Assembly: GCA_963843375.1 (NCBI GenBank) | Contig: CAWJKT010000010.1 | Span: 160,237 to 224,236 of the forward strand | Source: an uncultured Pseudomonadota bacterium | GTDB taxonomy: Bacteria > Oederibacteriota > Muellerivitia > Muellerivitales > Muellerivitaceae | DNA: 64,000 bases | Reading direction: 5' to 3' | Part shown: positions 10,051 through 21,343 of the stretch, in pieces | Layout of the letters: each line of letters begins with the position of its first letter | Numbering within the stretch: the stretch's first letter is position 1 | Notes under the pieces: model-generated | Databases searched by the model: none | What the model was told of the DNA's origin: nothing | What the model saw: only the letters and a program-made list of their open reading frames with translations | Position numbers and translations under genes: made by a program

Positions 10051-10932
10051 GTGAAAAAACACGCGTCACTGCTTTTATCCGGTTTATTATTGCTGTTTCC
10101 AGGTGTTCCCCAAGCCTTAACCGACAGTGAAATTCAAGATCGCAAGGAAATCGCCCAAGTTTGGGTGGACCGCCATAACGCCAGTCTTACCACGGATGTT
10201 CAGCGATTCATTAAGCAAATTAGGGCTAAAAAACACCGCTTCACTATCCCCTCATGGCACAAACACACGGTTCATTTAAGACGGCTGCGTTTGGACATGG
10301 CTACCCGCTGGGGAGTTGCTCAAGAAACTAAAAGCCACGATGGCGCTATAGTTCCGCTGATTGCCCTTTATTTTTCCCAAGCCGGAACCGAAAAGTTTTT
10401 AACCGCCGACTATGCGGATGAATTGGACAAACTCCATTCCAGTTCGGATATTTATATTAAAATCGGCCTTCAATACAAACTTCTCTTTCACGGGGAGGGT
10501 TATCCTGGATGCGCCCGTTTGATCACCCTGGGTAAAACATCACCTTACTTTTTTGAAGTTGGCGTCTTTGGAGGGGGAACCCGTGTTGATAAGACTTTTT
10601 ATCGCCTGGACACGGACGCTCTCAAAGGCAAAGAGGACCAGCTATTCGACCATCCCGAACTCATTGATGTTCAGAAGTACGTCAAAGAAGAGCTAAAGGT
10701 TAATAATTGGTTGGAGGGATATACCCTCTATCAGGATTTGAGCAAAGATGGAAACCTCGAAATAGTTAATAGCACCGATGTCTACTACCCCGATGACTTA
10801 AAAACCAGGGTTAAGGATCGTTACAATATGGTCGACAATGATTTCGGCATGGCCTTCAGGCAAACAGTTTCAATTTACCAGTGGAACAATACCAAAGCCA
10901 AGTTCGAGGACCTGGGCGATTACTATTATTGA
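10051..10932 (+). CDS. Hypothetical secreted protein
   Basis: GTG at 10051 after GGGAGG gives a signal peptide (MKKHASLLLSGLLLLFPGVPQA). No family recognised. Confidence 0.7.
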   Translation: MKKHASLLLSGLLLLFPGVPQALTDSEIQDRKEIAQVWVDRHNASLTTDVQRFIKQIRAKKHRFTIPSWHKHTVHLRRLRLDMATRWGVAQETKSHDGAIVPLIALYFSQAGTEKFLTADYADELDKLHSSSDIYIKIGLQYKLLFHGEGYPGCARLITLGKTSPYFFEVGVFGGGTRVDKTFYRLDTDALKGKEDQLFDHPELIDVQKYVKEELKVNNWLEGYTLYQDLSKDGNLEIVNSTDVYYPDDLKTRVKDRYNMVDNDFGMAFRQTVSIYQWNNTKAKFEDLGDYYY

Positions 10933-11067
10933 CCCGTCGAATAAAAGCTTTCGGTTTTCTGATCGACATATCCAATAATTCCATTAAAAAGATGTGAAGA
11001 CTTATTTTGAAATTCTAAAAATATTAATAAGGTCGAATTTCAAACTACCTTATGCCTCCGTGATGAA

Positions 11068-12441
11068 ATGGGTTTTGAAATGATTTCTAAAGTCTTTTCC
11101 GCTTTTATCTTTCCTTTATGTTTCTTTTGGGTTGCACTTCCTTCCCATGCCTATCAAATTCTTTTTTATTACAATAGTTCCGATGGAACTGAGGGTGGCC
11201 TTTTGGAATGCGTGAATATCCTTCGCGCCGGGGGAAATCACGTCACAACCATTGACGTCAAAAACGAAAACCGGGACCCAACCGGGGATAATTGGGGAGC
11301 CCCTTACGACCAGGTTTGGGACATGCGATTTATCGATCGTGATACCCATTCCTGTGGAGAAGGATTGCCCGGTTCCGCCGATTACTTTGATGACCACTGG
11401 CGCAAAAAAGCTATATTCTTCCTGAATCATTGCGGCAAATTATTCATTGCTGCCGAACATTATCAACTAGGAGACAGGGATGAGGGTCTTTATCGGTTTT
11501 TAAAGGAAATTGGCGCTGTTAAAAACACTTATGACTCCTGTCCACCCTCCCCGAGTGGAAATAGCACAACCGATGGGGCGGCTTTTTATCCGGTCCATCA
11601 CGGACTGGGTCCAACTTCCTTCTTCGGTGCTTTTGTCGGCGGGATTCCACTTGCCCAATTGACGGGGGAGAACTTCGTGGATACCGGCGAGGATTGGGAA
11701 GGGGATGACCAGGTCGACCGGTCGATTGTCTCAGGATGGAAGGGGGCTCAGTTGGGTGAACTTATTCACCCTCCTTCCTGCGGCGACGAAAGGCTGTTCA
11801 TGGTTTGGGATGCCACTATGTGGACCCTTTGGCAACCCGGGATGGAGCAGCAAAACCAACCGGATGGACCCATTTGGGACGAATCCGGTTGGTTTTCCTA
11901 CAACGCCGACGGAACCGCAAAGGGAAACATCCGTGATTTTGTGAAGGCCAAAATTGTAACCCGCAAATTTTTTCCTGCCATTGCTAACTGGCTCGGGGAA
12001 AGAATAAATTGCCCTTGTGCCGAAACGGGCAATCGACTCCCGGGTTTATCCACCCAACCCACAGGAACCCCTTCCATGAACATCCCTCTTTCAATTCCAC
12101 CAGCTCAGAGCCGTTTAGCCGCCGACAATCGAACAGCTACGATCATTCCTCCATCGAATCTCAATGCTCCTTCCACCATAATGTTCAATTCTCTTCCAGT
12201 TAATATCTATATGCTTTTCCTAGATGGCATCGGAACTTACCAGTTGGAAATAAGGTCAGGGCAGGATAGGCCGATAAAAATCATTTATGAAAAAACCATT
12301 TCAACCCAAAAGGACGATTGGGCCTCTTGGGACGGAACCAATGGGGAAGGAAAAACCATGGGCTTGGGAACCTATTATGCGATTCTTTCTAAAGACGGCC
12401 GGATATTGCGAAAAATCGCCTTAACCTGGGTTAACCCCTAA
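11068..12441 (+). CDS. Secreted protein with C-terminal FlgD-Ig/T9SS-CTD-like domain
   Basis: Signal peptide, Cys-containing N-terminal domain, Pro/Ser/Thr linker, C-terminal WDGTN.EG....GTYY motif. Confidence 0.7.
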   Translation: MGFEMISKVFSAFIFPLCFFWVALPSHAYQILFYYNSSDGTEGGLLECVNILRAGGNHVTTIDVKNENRDPTGDNWGAPYDQVWDMRFIDRDTHSCGEGLPGSADYFDDHWRKKAIFFLNHCGKLFIAAEHYQLGDRDEGLYRFLKEIGAVKNTYDSCPPSPSGNSTTDGAAFYPVHHGLGPTSFFGAFVGGIPLAQLTGENFVDTGEDWEGDDQVDRSIVSGWKGAQLGELIHPPSCGDERLFMVWDATMWTLWQPGMEQQNQPDGPIWDESGWFSYNADGTAKGNIRDFVKAKIVTRKFFPAIANWLGERINCPCAETGNRLPGLSTQPTGTPSMNIPLSIPPAQSRLAADNRTATIIPPSNLNAPSTIMFNSLPVNIYMLFLDGIGTYQLEIRSGQDRPIKIIYEKTISTQKDDWASWDGTNGEGKTMGLGTYYAILSKDGRILRKIALTWVNP

Positions 12442-12461
12442 AGACATCAAACTTCTTGATA

Positions 12462-12490
12462 TTGCATCGGTTTTAGCGGTCTGTTACCAT
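12462..12490 (+). promoter_or_regulatory. Putative sigma70 promoter of sppA operon
   Basis: TTGCAT-17 bp-TACCAT with TG at the extended -10 position; 9 nt upstream of the ATG. Confidence 0.45.
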
Positions 12491-12499
12491 AGCTTTTCC

Positions 12500-13480
12500 A
12501 TGAAACTCGCCCCAAACCCGGTGATTGAACCACCTAAAAAAAACAAGACTATTCTTTATGTCGTAATTATTTTTGGTGGTTTTTTCGTTTTCAGCTTTAT
12601 TTTTTTGGTTATTGCGATCCAACACTTATTCGGTAAAACAGGTGCCGGCTCATTGCTTTCCTCAAGTAGCGAAATATCCCTCATTGAAATCGAAGGGCCG
12701 ATTTATCAAAGTGACGATCTTGTACGTCTGATCAAACATTTCCGAAAAAGTTCCCAAAAAGCTTTAATCCTTCGACTGGACAGTCCAGGTGGGGTGGTGG
12801 CGCCTTCCCAAGAAATTTATTCCGAAATTTTAAGCGCTCGTCAGGATAAAAAAATTGTGGTGGCCAGTATGGCGAGCCTGGCAGCCTCTGGAGCCTATTA
12901 CATTGCATCAGCTTGCGACAAAATCGTTGCAAATCCTGGAACTTTAACTGGATCCATTGGTGTCATTTGGCATGTCCCCGAGGCTTCTGGACTATTCAAA
13001 AAAGTGGGCTTGAACTACCAAACCATTAAAAGTGGGAAATTCAAAGATACTGGTTCGATGGATCGACCCATGACCCCGCAAGAAAAGCAATATGTTCAAG
13101 AAACGATTAATGAAGTTTTTGAGCAATTTTTAGACGCCGTAATCCAAGGACGAAGGGAGGCCTTTCAAAACCATATGGCAAAAGGCTTAGGTAAAAAACC
13201 TCAAGATATAACCGACCTTGAAATCAAAAATTATATTCTTCCATATGCGGATGGGCGTGTTTTAACAGGAGAAAAGGCGTTTGAGTTGGGCTTTGTTGAT
13301 CAACTGGGCAATTACGAAGATGCGGTTCGATTGACGGCCGATTTAGCCGGAATAAAGGGCGAGCCAACCGTTCGTTTTGACAGTCCGGCTCGATTTGAAC
13401 AATACCTTAAAGGCTTATTGCCCTTTTCCATTTTCTCAAAATGGGACGGGCAAAATTTATTGGAATATAGGGCTTTTTAA
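12500..13480 (+). CDS. sppA: Signal peptide peptidase SppA (S49, 36K type)
   Basis: LRLDSPGG, AASGAYYIA, TGSIGV, KSGKFKD, DGRVLTGEKAFELGFVD. Confidence 0.95.
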   Translation: MKLAPNPVIEPPKKNKTILYVVIIFGGFFVFSFIFLVIAIQHLFGKTGAGSLLSSSSEISLIEIEGPIYQSDDLVRLIKHFRKSSQKALILRLDSPGGVVAPSQEIYSEILSARQDKKIVVASMASLAASGAYYIASACDKIVANPGTLTGSIGVIWHVPEASGLFKKVGLNYQTIKSGKFKDTGSMDRPMTPQEKQYVQETINEVFEQFLDAVIQGRREAFQNHMAKGLGKKPQDITDLEIKNYILPYADGRVLTGEKAFELGFVDQLGNYEDAVRLTADLAGIKGEPTVRFDSPARFEQYLKGLLPFSIFSKWDGQNLLEYRAF

Positions 13481-13524
13481 CTCGGGTTATTTTTTAATTG
13501 ATAATCGATCCAAGGGAGGCTTCA

Positions 13525-15417
13525 GTGGCCGAAACAATCAATCCATCACCTAATGCTCCGGTTGTCCCAGCGGCTCCCGATCCCATTCCAGCAGCACCGG
13601 GTTCCCCCGCAAAACCCAAAGTCAAATCCCAGTGGCTAAATAAACTGTTAAAAATGATGACCACTACAACTTTTTTAATTCTGGGAATGGCTTTTATTAT
13701 TCTGAGTTTACTTGTTAAATTTCATCCCGCCGTGATCCCTTCTTTTTTGCAACCCACCCTGGATCAAATTTTTAAACACTTAACTTATTTTATTATTGGA
13801 ATTGGCTTTTTCTTTTTGGCATTGGCCAGAAGCATGGCTTCCCAGGAATACACCTCCGCAAGTAAAAAAACCAAAAACTATTCCCACTCCTGGAAGATTC
13901 CCTTGATTTCAGCCCAGGCTTTTTTCTTTTACGTAGCCTGTTTTTACTCATTTTTGGTTGCCTTTGGCGGCGCCAAACCCATCACGAACCTCATGAGCCT
14001 TGTTTTTCTTTTGTTCCTTTTCTCCCTTTACGTTTTATGGTATCTCGTGGCGCATGCCACGAACCGCTTGCCGGCTCTCGCAGGGCTCCGAATGGCCATC
14101 GTTGCTCTTATTCTGGCCGGTCTTTCTTGTTCTCTTTGGGTTTTGGCTCAAATGGTATTTCCAAGCCTGTTAGTTGGATCTCTAGCCTTGATAGCGATCT
14201 TAATCAGCGTGCTTATAAAAGTTAAGGGAGTCGAGGAAATTCTCCCTTGGCCCAAAATAACCTGTTTAGTCATTGCGGTGATTTTATTAGCCCATGTGGG
14301 TTGGCATGCCTTGCCTTTCTCAAATCCACAGGCCAACTTGGTTGGATTGATTCCAACCTCTCAAGGTCACAAAGGCACCATTACCTCGTTGAATTATTTT
14401 CAAAACGAAGCAAAACCGGATGATATTAAAATTGCAATTTCGCAAAAAGATTCCGAAGGCTGGACACTTCAAGTGGAGGACCTAAACCAGAATCCCGAGA
14501 TCCCGACACTTCCATCGTTTAAAGTTTCTGCGGGAGAGCAAGATTTTCGTTCGATTTTCGTGCAACATGGAAACTTTCTCTTAATAGATGAAGTGAAAAA
14601 TGGACAACGGGGCATTTGGAAAGTTAACGCCACTACCGGGAGATCAACGCCCTTAAAGATACAAGGTATCCAACCCATTGAGGACGGGGTGCCTTGGTCC
14701 GATAAAAATGGTCAGCTACTTTTTGTCACACAAAACGGCGGAAGGTATCAATTAAAAGTCTGGACCCTCGCTACAGGAAAATCGAAACTACTTTTAACCT
14801 CCGAAAACCCCATTCATACTCCTTCTTGGGTTAATATCGAAAATCCCCAAAACACCCCATCTTGGTCCAAACATGACGAAGAAATCGCCTATGCGGATGG
14901 GGTCCACGGTTTGTTTTATGTTCTTAATTTGAGGACGAATCAAAAGGAATTATTAAAATCAGATTTGGAGAAAATGGAAGGACCCAAATTCTCTCCGACT
15001 GGAACCGTACTAAAAGTCATCCCCTCCCCAGACAGTTTCCGGTATCTTTATCTAACCCAAAAAGAGAATAAGAGTATTATTTCGATTGTTCGCAATGACG
15101 GAACAAGGCGGGATAAATTATACGAAACCACCGCATCCATAGGCTCCCTGGCATGGCACCCGGATTCACAACAAATCATTTTCGAAGAAAAACGTGAGGG
15201 CTTGTGGCAAAGTATGGATCTTGGGTTTTTAGGATCATTTACCAACATTAAACTTTTGGACGCGAATCTTGGAACAGTCGTGAACCTTATTCCTGCGCAA
15301 ATCTCAAATCATTCACCCGCGATTTCCCCCGACGGAGCCAAGCTTGCCTTTGTCGCGAGCGAGGGATTATGGTATCCCTCATTCGGCCATTGTATTTGGG
15401 TTGCGCTTCTCCGGTAA
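13525..15417 (+). CDS. Polytopic membrane protein with C-terminal TolB/PD40-like beta-propeller
   Basis: About seven hydrophobic helices, then PSW, SPD, LAWHPDS and PAISPDGAKLAF repeats. GTG 13525 follows GGGAGG. Confidence 0.7.
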   Translation: MAETINPSPNAPVVPAAPDPIPAAPGSPAKPKVKSQWLNKLLKMMTTTTFLILGMAFIILSLLVKFHPAVIPSFLQPTLDQIFKHLTYFIIGIGFFFLALARSMASQEYTSASKKTKNYSHSWKIPLISAQAFFFYVACFYSFLVAFGGAKPITNLMSLVFLLFLFSLYVLWYLVAHATNRLPALAGLRMAIVALILAGLSCSLWVLAQMVFPSLLVGSLALIAILISVLIKVKGVEEILPWPKITCLVIAVILLAHVGWHALPFSNPQANLVGLIPTSQGHKGTITSLNYFQNEAKPDDIKIAISQKDSEGWTLQVEDLNQNPEIPTLPSFKVSAGEQDFRSIFVQHGNFLLIDEVKNGQRGIWKVNATTGRSTPLKIQGIQPIEDGVPWSDKNGQLLFVTQNGGRYQLKVWTLATGKSKLLLTSENPIHTPSWVNIENPQNTPSWSKHDEEIAYADGVHGLFYVLNLRTNQKELLKSDLEKMEGPKFSPTGTVLKVIPSPDSFRYLYLTQKENKSIISIVRNDGTRRDKLYETTASIGSLAWHPDSQQIIFEEKREGLWQSMDLGFLGSFTNIKLLDANLGTVVNLIPAQISNHSPAISPDGAKLAFVASEGLWYPSFGHCIWVALLR

Positions 15418-15445
15418 TTTACTGTTCGCCCTTTGAAGGGTTTGT

Positions 15446-18400
15446 ATGAAGTTTTTTTCCCAGATCCTGCTCATTCGGTTTCTTTTTTCTTTCCTTTTAT
15501 TTTTATTTGTTGTCGGATCGAAAGCCCAAGACCTGGGTTTCGGGCCCAATAAGGTCCGGTACCACGCCGATCATCATTGGAAAATCCTCGAAACCGCGCA
15601 TTTTCAAGTTTATTATCTACGATAAATGCGAAGTACTTACACAAACTGCGGCGGATGACGCCGAAAAAGCTTTCTTAAAAACCTGCCAAGCCTTTAATTT
15701 TGTTCCCCGAACCAAAATCCCATTATTTGTTTATGCTACGCCTATGGAATTCGAGGAAACCAATATCACGCCCGAAATATTACAAGAAGCCGTAGGTGGT
15801 TTTACCGAAGTGTTTAAAAACCGGATCGCCGTTCCTATGGATGGTTCCTATCACGAATTCGAAAAAGTTATTCATCATGAATTGACCCATGCCTTCCAAT
15901 ACGATTTGATCTATGGGGAAGGATGGAGGTCGGTCAATTTATTCAAAGCCGTTTTCGTTCCCAATGGATGATGGAAGGAATGGCGGAGTGGAACGCCCAA
16001 CATCTTGGATGGTCAAGGCGAAATGGTTTTAAGGGATGCAATCCTAAATGACCAAGTGATGCCCCTCAATCTGATGGAATCTTTCGATCATTTTGAGCAA
16101 GTTTATATTGCTTATAAAGAATCCCAGAGCCTATTGGATTATGTCACCCAGGTTTACGGGGAGGGAAGAGTAGTCCAAATTTTCAAGCGAATGGCGGCAA
16201 ACCAGCCTCCGGATACCGCCATTAAAAACGTTTTAGGGATTTCCCTTAACGATCTTTACAACAATTGGCATTTTTATATGAAATCGCAAACTTGGTCAAA
16301 AATCAGTGGAATGCCGGTGCCGGAACGTTACGGCGAATGCCTGGAAAAAGACGTCTTCAAGTCAACTGTCTCTCCTGATGGAAAAGAAATCGCAATCCTC
16401 AAAAACGAGGAGTTGGATTTATATGATGTGGCAACGAAAAAAAAGAGGAAAATCTTAAATCGTCATTTCGGAATACAAGGGTCTGGCTTGGCTTGGTCTC
16501 CGGATGGAAATTTCCTGGCATTTACCGCCAGCCAGGAAGGGGAGTATGGACTTTACAAATTGGAAATGAAAAATCTTCACCTTTCGGAATGTCCCTTAAC
16601 CGGGCTTCCAATGGTTTACTCCCCAACCTGGTCACCCGATCAGCGGTATATCATTTTTTCGGGATTCGACTATAAAACGGTTGATTTATACCGATACGAA
16701 TTGGCTACAAAACATGTAGACCGTTTGACAGACAATCAAGCAAGTGAATCTTGGGCTTCTTATTCCGTGGATCAAAAATCTCTTTATTATTTATCCGAAG
16801 AGGATGGAAATACCCAAATAAATAAGTCACTTTGGGAGATAATGGATTACCCCGAGGCCAGCCTATTGACGATCGGTAAAGAACTCGGAACGATTTCCTG
16901 TTTTCGAGTTACGAAAAAATGCGATCTATTTCACCTCAAATCGGGATAAAGGAATTTTTAACTTGTATAAAATGAGTCTCGATGGCGACTCCTTAATCCA
17001 ATTAACCCATACTTTTGCAGACATTTTAAATGTTTCTCCATCCCCGGATGAGTCGGTTTTTTATGCAACTCTTTATCAACATTCCAAAGAAAATCTTTAT
17101 GCCTGTCCAGCGGAAAAGTTGGAAAAAAACGAAAACCCCCCCTTCAATTTAAAATATATCGCTAACTCGTTTGAAATCGCGGGTAAAATTCTCCCTGAAA
17201 CTGCCTCAAAAGACACCGTTAATGATTTTGAGATACCCCTTAACTCCGACCATGATCGGGACGAACCAGAAGTCGTCAGGAATAAAAAACCGCCGACCCA
17301 ACCCCCCGCCGTTGTCACCCATTTGGAAGTATCGGAAGCAACAAACCTCGTCCAACTTCAATGGCCCGCTCTCAAATGCCGAAACGGATTCGGTTGATAG
17401 TTACAAAATTTATCGATCTACTTCAGCTGGCGCAAGATTTGCCTATCTCGCCACAACCTCCAACACAAAACAAGGGCGATATGTGGATTATGACGTTCAA
17501 AACAACGGAACTTATTTTTATTACGTAACCGCAGTTAATAAAATGGGGGAGAGCGATCCATCTCCCATCGCCGAAGTTCACCCCTCCTTTAAAATGACTT
17601 CGCACGATTATCAATTAACCCTCTCACCCGACATTCTTCTTTTTTTGGCGGGGTATGACAGTTCTTTTGGATTTGTCGGAGGAGGAATCGCCCAAATGAG
17701 CGATTATTTAGGCGATCAGCAATTGGGCATATCTAGGTGACACCATTCCCGGAGTCCAAACGGGAATCCAGGCAGATTATGAGTTTTCTCAATGGCGGAC
17801 AACGGTTGATTTGGATTTTTTTTATTATCAAAATTATTTTAACATTTACGATCTTCAAACCGGCGACATCGTTAATGAATACCGAAACAACGAAAATGGA
17901 TTTTCACTGAATTTCAGTTATCCGATCAATACCAGCACCCGGGTTGAATATGGGGTGGGAACACAGCGGTTTTTAGGAAGTCCCATTTATCTTCAGTTTT
18001 CGGAAGGAATATCTAATTATTCCCTTAACACCGATCAATGGAATGTGGCAAATTACTATCGACTCTCTTTTGTTCAAGACAAAAGAAAAGGAACCCAATT
18101 TTGGCCCAGCAGTGGTTACGCCTTAAATTTCACGCTTTTACACGCCTTGCCTGTTTTGGACTCGAATGTTTCGTTTGCCAATCTGCTTTTTGAAACACAG
18201 ACTTTTGCCGACATCAGTTTTTTAAACCATTTAATTTGGGCAAATCGTTTCATCGCCATGACATCCCAAGGCCCAAATCCCCAGACTTTCTTCATTGGAG
18301 ACGACGCCCCCTTCCAGGCTTATTTCACGACCATCCGAGGTTATGGAGCGAGTACGTTTTTCGGAAGTAACTTAGGCCTCCTGAACACTGAATTGCGCTA

Positions 18401-18675
18401 TCCCATCGCCACAAACATGAATTTCATACCGCAGCCTCTTTCCTTTTTCTTGATCAAAGACATTGAATTGGCCGCTTTCATGGATGCGGGTATCGTGTCC
18501 AACCAATTACAAGATTTTTCAGATTCCCAAGTTTTAAGCAGTATCGGAACCGGCATCCGTTTTTATACTTTTCTTTATCAAAGGGCTTTGGTTATGTTCC
18601 GATTTCGATGTTGCCTGGCGATTGGACCAATCTCTTCCGCCCACATTTCATTTTAACTTAGCCCCAATGTTTTAA
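15446..18675 (+). CDS. Omp85-family protein: gluzincin (HExxH) peptidase + PD40 propeller + FN3 + Omp85 barrel; multiply frameshifted in this sequence
   Basis: Joined frames read signal peptide-FGPNKVRY..W..LET.HF.VYY, HHELTHAFQY, W.MEGMAEW, WSPDG repeats, YKIYRS...YVD..V.N..TYFYYVTAVN..GES (FN3), IRGY, FMDAG, SIGTGIR, ending FNLAPMF*. Track fragments start at 15507, 16005, 16963, 17171 and 17811. Confidence 0.8.
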
Positions 18676-18799
18676 GTTAAACCGGGCGTATTTCCCATTT
18701 TGCGTTTGGGGAAGATGGTAAAAAGCAGTTGGTGACTCCCAAGGGAGCCGTTATAATGAGGCGCTTCAAAACGATCTTAATCCTTTAAGGAGCCGGTTT

Positions 18800-19463
18800 T
18801 TGAAAAAACTCATTATCTTCTTCACTTTTTTTGATTCTTTTGTTAACCAGCTCAATAATTGCTAAGCCCGCTCCAGATTATTTCATTTACAAATTATGAA
18901 TCAACCGATTTGGACTTTTTAAGGTCCCATTACACCGAGATAAACAACGGTCGGCTTATACAAATTACCGGTTATTTCTCCTCCTACAAATGGTTGTCTC
19001 CTTACGCTTACCAGGAACGCTTAAGTGCAATCGGCGACAATGTTAGGGATTACAATCTTTTGCAGTTTACGATCGAAGAAAAGGATAACTTCCATTATTC
19101 ATTCCCGATTCTTTTGATCCACACAAGCGTCGGAGATCTTCACGAATTGGAACAATTGAAAAAAGGAACAAAAATCGTGGTTTATGGAAAGTTTTATAAT
19201 TTGAAAAATCAGAATACGCCATTGAAACCGACGTTATTGAAATGGCCAATGTTATGACCCGAGTTAATATTGAAGGAACACCTTCTTTTGAAAATGGCGG
19301 TCACGATACGGAAGTCCTGTTGGATGCGCGAGTTTCGCCAACCGCAACTGTTACGCCTACTGTTACACCGACTCCCGCGCCCAGTTTGTGGCAAAAAATT
19401 AATAATGTTATCAATCCCAAGGAAACCATTACCCCAACTGGAACGGTAACTCCAGGAACCTGA
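18800..19463 (+). CDS. Hypothetical exported protein with Thr/Pro tail (frameshifted)
   Basis: AAGGAG RBS then TTG-KKLIIFF. Frames 18859 and 19242 join into one protein ending in TPT repeats; the core may be OB-fold-like. Confidence 0.55.
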
Positions 19464-19488
19464 TCCCATCCAAAACACCAGGTTTTAA

Positions 19489-20448
19489 TTGATAAAACGT
19501 GTCTTAATCACCAACCGAATTCCATCATCAGCTTTTAAGAATCTTTCGCGACATTACAAGGTCACTTGGAATAAACAACAATTAACCGAAGTACAGTTAA
19601 CCCTAAAAGTAAAACCCTTCCACGCCCTTTTAACCACATTGGCCGATCCCATATCTAATAAAGTTCTTCAAGCCGCAACCAAATTGAAATGCGTGGCTAA
19701 TTACGCTGTCGGTTACAACAATATCGATATCGAATCCGCGAAAAAACGTGGCATCTGGGTTACTAATACACCCGATGTTTTAACCGAAGCCACCGCCGAT
19801 ATCGCCTGGGCATTGCTTCTTTCCTGCGCAAGGCGGATCCCGGAAGGCGAAAGACTTGTTCGAGCCGGAAAGTTCAAGGGTTGGCAACCCTTGTTTCTTT
19901 TGGGGTTGGATTTAAAAGGTAAAACCTTAGGTATATTTGGTTTTGGCCGAATTGGTCAAGCCATCGCAAGGCGGGGAAGGGGATGGGATATGCAAATTCT
20001 TTACCACCAGCGGCATCGGCTTTCCAAAGCCATCGAACGACGATTAAATGTCAAGTTTGTTTCGTTTGAGAAGCTTTTAAAGCGTTCCGACTTCTTAAGC
20101 GTCAACGCCCCCCTGACTCCCCAAACCCGCCACCGATTCACACTAAAGGAATTTAAAAAAATGAGGCGGACTGCCATTTTCATCAATTCAGCTCGTGGTC
20201 CTATTCATAATGAAAAAGACCTAGCCCAATCCCTTAAAGAGGGAATTATTCATTCGGCCGGGTTAGATGTCTATGAATTTGAGCCTATGGTCCATTCCAG
20301 GCTACTTCGGCTTGATAATTGCACACTTTTACCCCATTTGGGGAGCGGAACGGTTGAAACCCGTAACCAGATGGCACTTTTGGCAGCCGAAAATATCAAT
20401 TTGGTTTTATCGGGGCACAAACCCAAGACACCCGTTTTCGCTTTGTAA
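19489..20448 (+). CDS. D-glycerate dehydrogenase / glyoxylate reductase (D-2-hydroxyacid dehydrogenase)
   Basis: AVGYNNID, VTNTPDVLTEATAD, GFGRIG, INSARG, GLDVYEFEP, LPHLGS. Confidence 0.93.
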   Translation: MIKRVLITNRIPSSAFKNLSRHYKVTWNKQQLTEVQLTLKVKPFHALLTTLADPISNKVLQAATKLKCVANYAVGYNNIDIESAKKRGIWVTNTPDVLTEATADIAWALLLSCARRIPEGERLVRAGKFKGWQPLFLLGLDLKGKTLGIFGFGRIGQAIARRGRGWDMQILYHQRHRLSKAIERRLNVKFVSFEKLLKRSDFLSVNAPLTPQTRHRFTLKEFKKMRRTAIFINSARGPIHNEKDLAQSLKEGIIHSAGLDVYEFEPMVHSRLLRLDNCTLLPHLGSGTVETRNQMALLAAENINLVLSGHKPKTPVFAL

Positions 20449-20518
20449 AATAATAAACTTTAAATGCTAATGTAAAACTTTAAGATTGACCCGTTAATTA
20501 ATGATTTAAAAGGCAACT

Positions 20519-21295
20519 ATGGCGGTCCCACATATCAATTCCAGCACACTCGGATCAGGCAAACCCGTTGTTCTCTTGCATGCATTTCCCCTTTCCCACC
20601 ATATCTGGTCAGATCTTAAACCTCCACCAGGTTTTCAGTTGGTTTTGCCCGACTTTCCCGGTTTTGGTAATTCGCCTTTAACTCCTCCGGGTCTTTCAAT
20701 GACCGAAATAGCCCAAAGTCTTGAAAATCATTTGATTGCAAAAGGAATTACAGGGCGGATTATTCTCTCGGGGATTTCAATGGGTGGTTATTGGGCCATG
20801 GAATTTATCCGCCAATTCCCGGAACGGGTCGCCAGGGTTTTGCTGATATCAACCCGTCCCGGATTGGATAAACCGGAGGCTAAACAAAATCGTCTTAAAA
20901 TGGCCGAAAGGGTTGAAAAAGAAGGTATTGATTTCTTGTCACCGGCCATGATCCCGGGGCTTTTGGGGAAAACAACCTTGGTAGATAGACCTGGCGTTGT
21001 AGCCCAATTAACTGGTTGGATCCAAAAAACCAATCCGGCCGCAGTCGCCTTGGCTCAAAGAGTCATGGCAGAACGCCGGGACCAAACCGACCTCATGCCA
21101 AGGTTCAAAACCAAGACCTGGGTAGTGGCAGGGTTGGAAGATGCCTTAATCCCATCCAGTGAAGCCGAAGCCATGTCTAGTGCCATACCGGCCAGTGAAC
21201 TTCGGTTGCTTGATGGAGTGGGCCACTTAGTTCCTATCGAGGATCCAGTCCGGTTCCAAAAAATCTTCGAGGAATTTCTTTCCGAACACACATGA
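20519..21295 (+). CDS. Alpha/beta fold hydrolase
   Basis: LLHAFP, PDFPGFG, nucleophile elbow GISMGG, GLED, GHL. Confidence 0.92.
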   Translation: MAVPHINSSTLGSGKPVVLLHAFPLSHHIWSDLKPPPGFQLVLPDFPGFGNSPLTPPGLSMTEIAQSLENHLIAKGITGRIILSGISMGGYWAMEFIRQFPERVARVLLISTRPGLDKPEAKQNRLKMAERVEKEGIDFLSPAMIPGLLGKTTLVDRPGVVAQLTGWIQKTNPAAVALAQRVMAERRDQTDLMPRFKTKTWVVAGLEDALIPSSEAEAMSSAIPASELRLLDGVGHLVPIEDPVRFQKIFEEFLSEHT

Positions 21296-21343
21296 AGAAT
21301 CTGGTTTTGTGTAAGTTCTTCTTGCGTTGCCATAATTGTCTAA

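Noticed and set aside
15446..18675. Programmed frameshifting or true pseudogene
   Set aside because: There are too many breaks, they also affect the neighbouring gene, and the motifs are intact; sequencing error is simpler.
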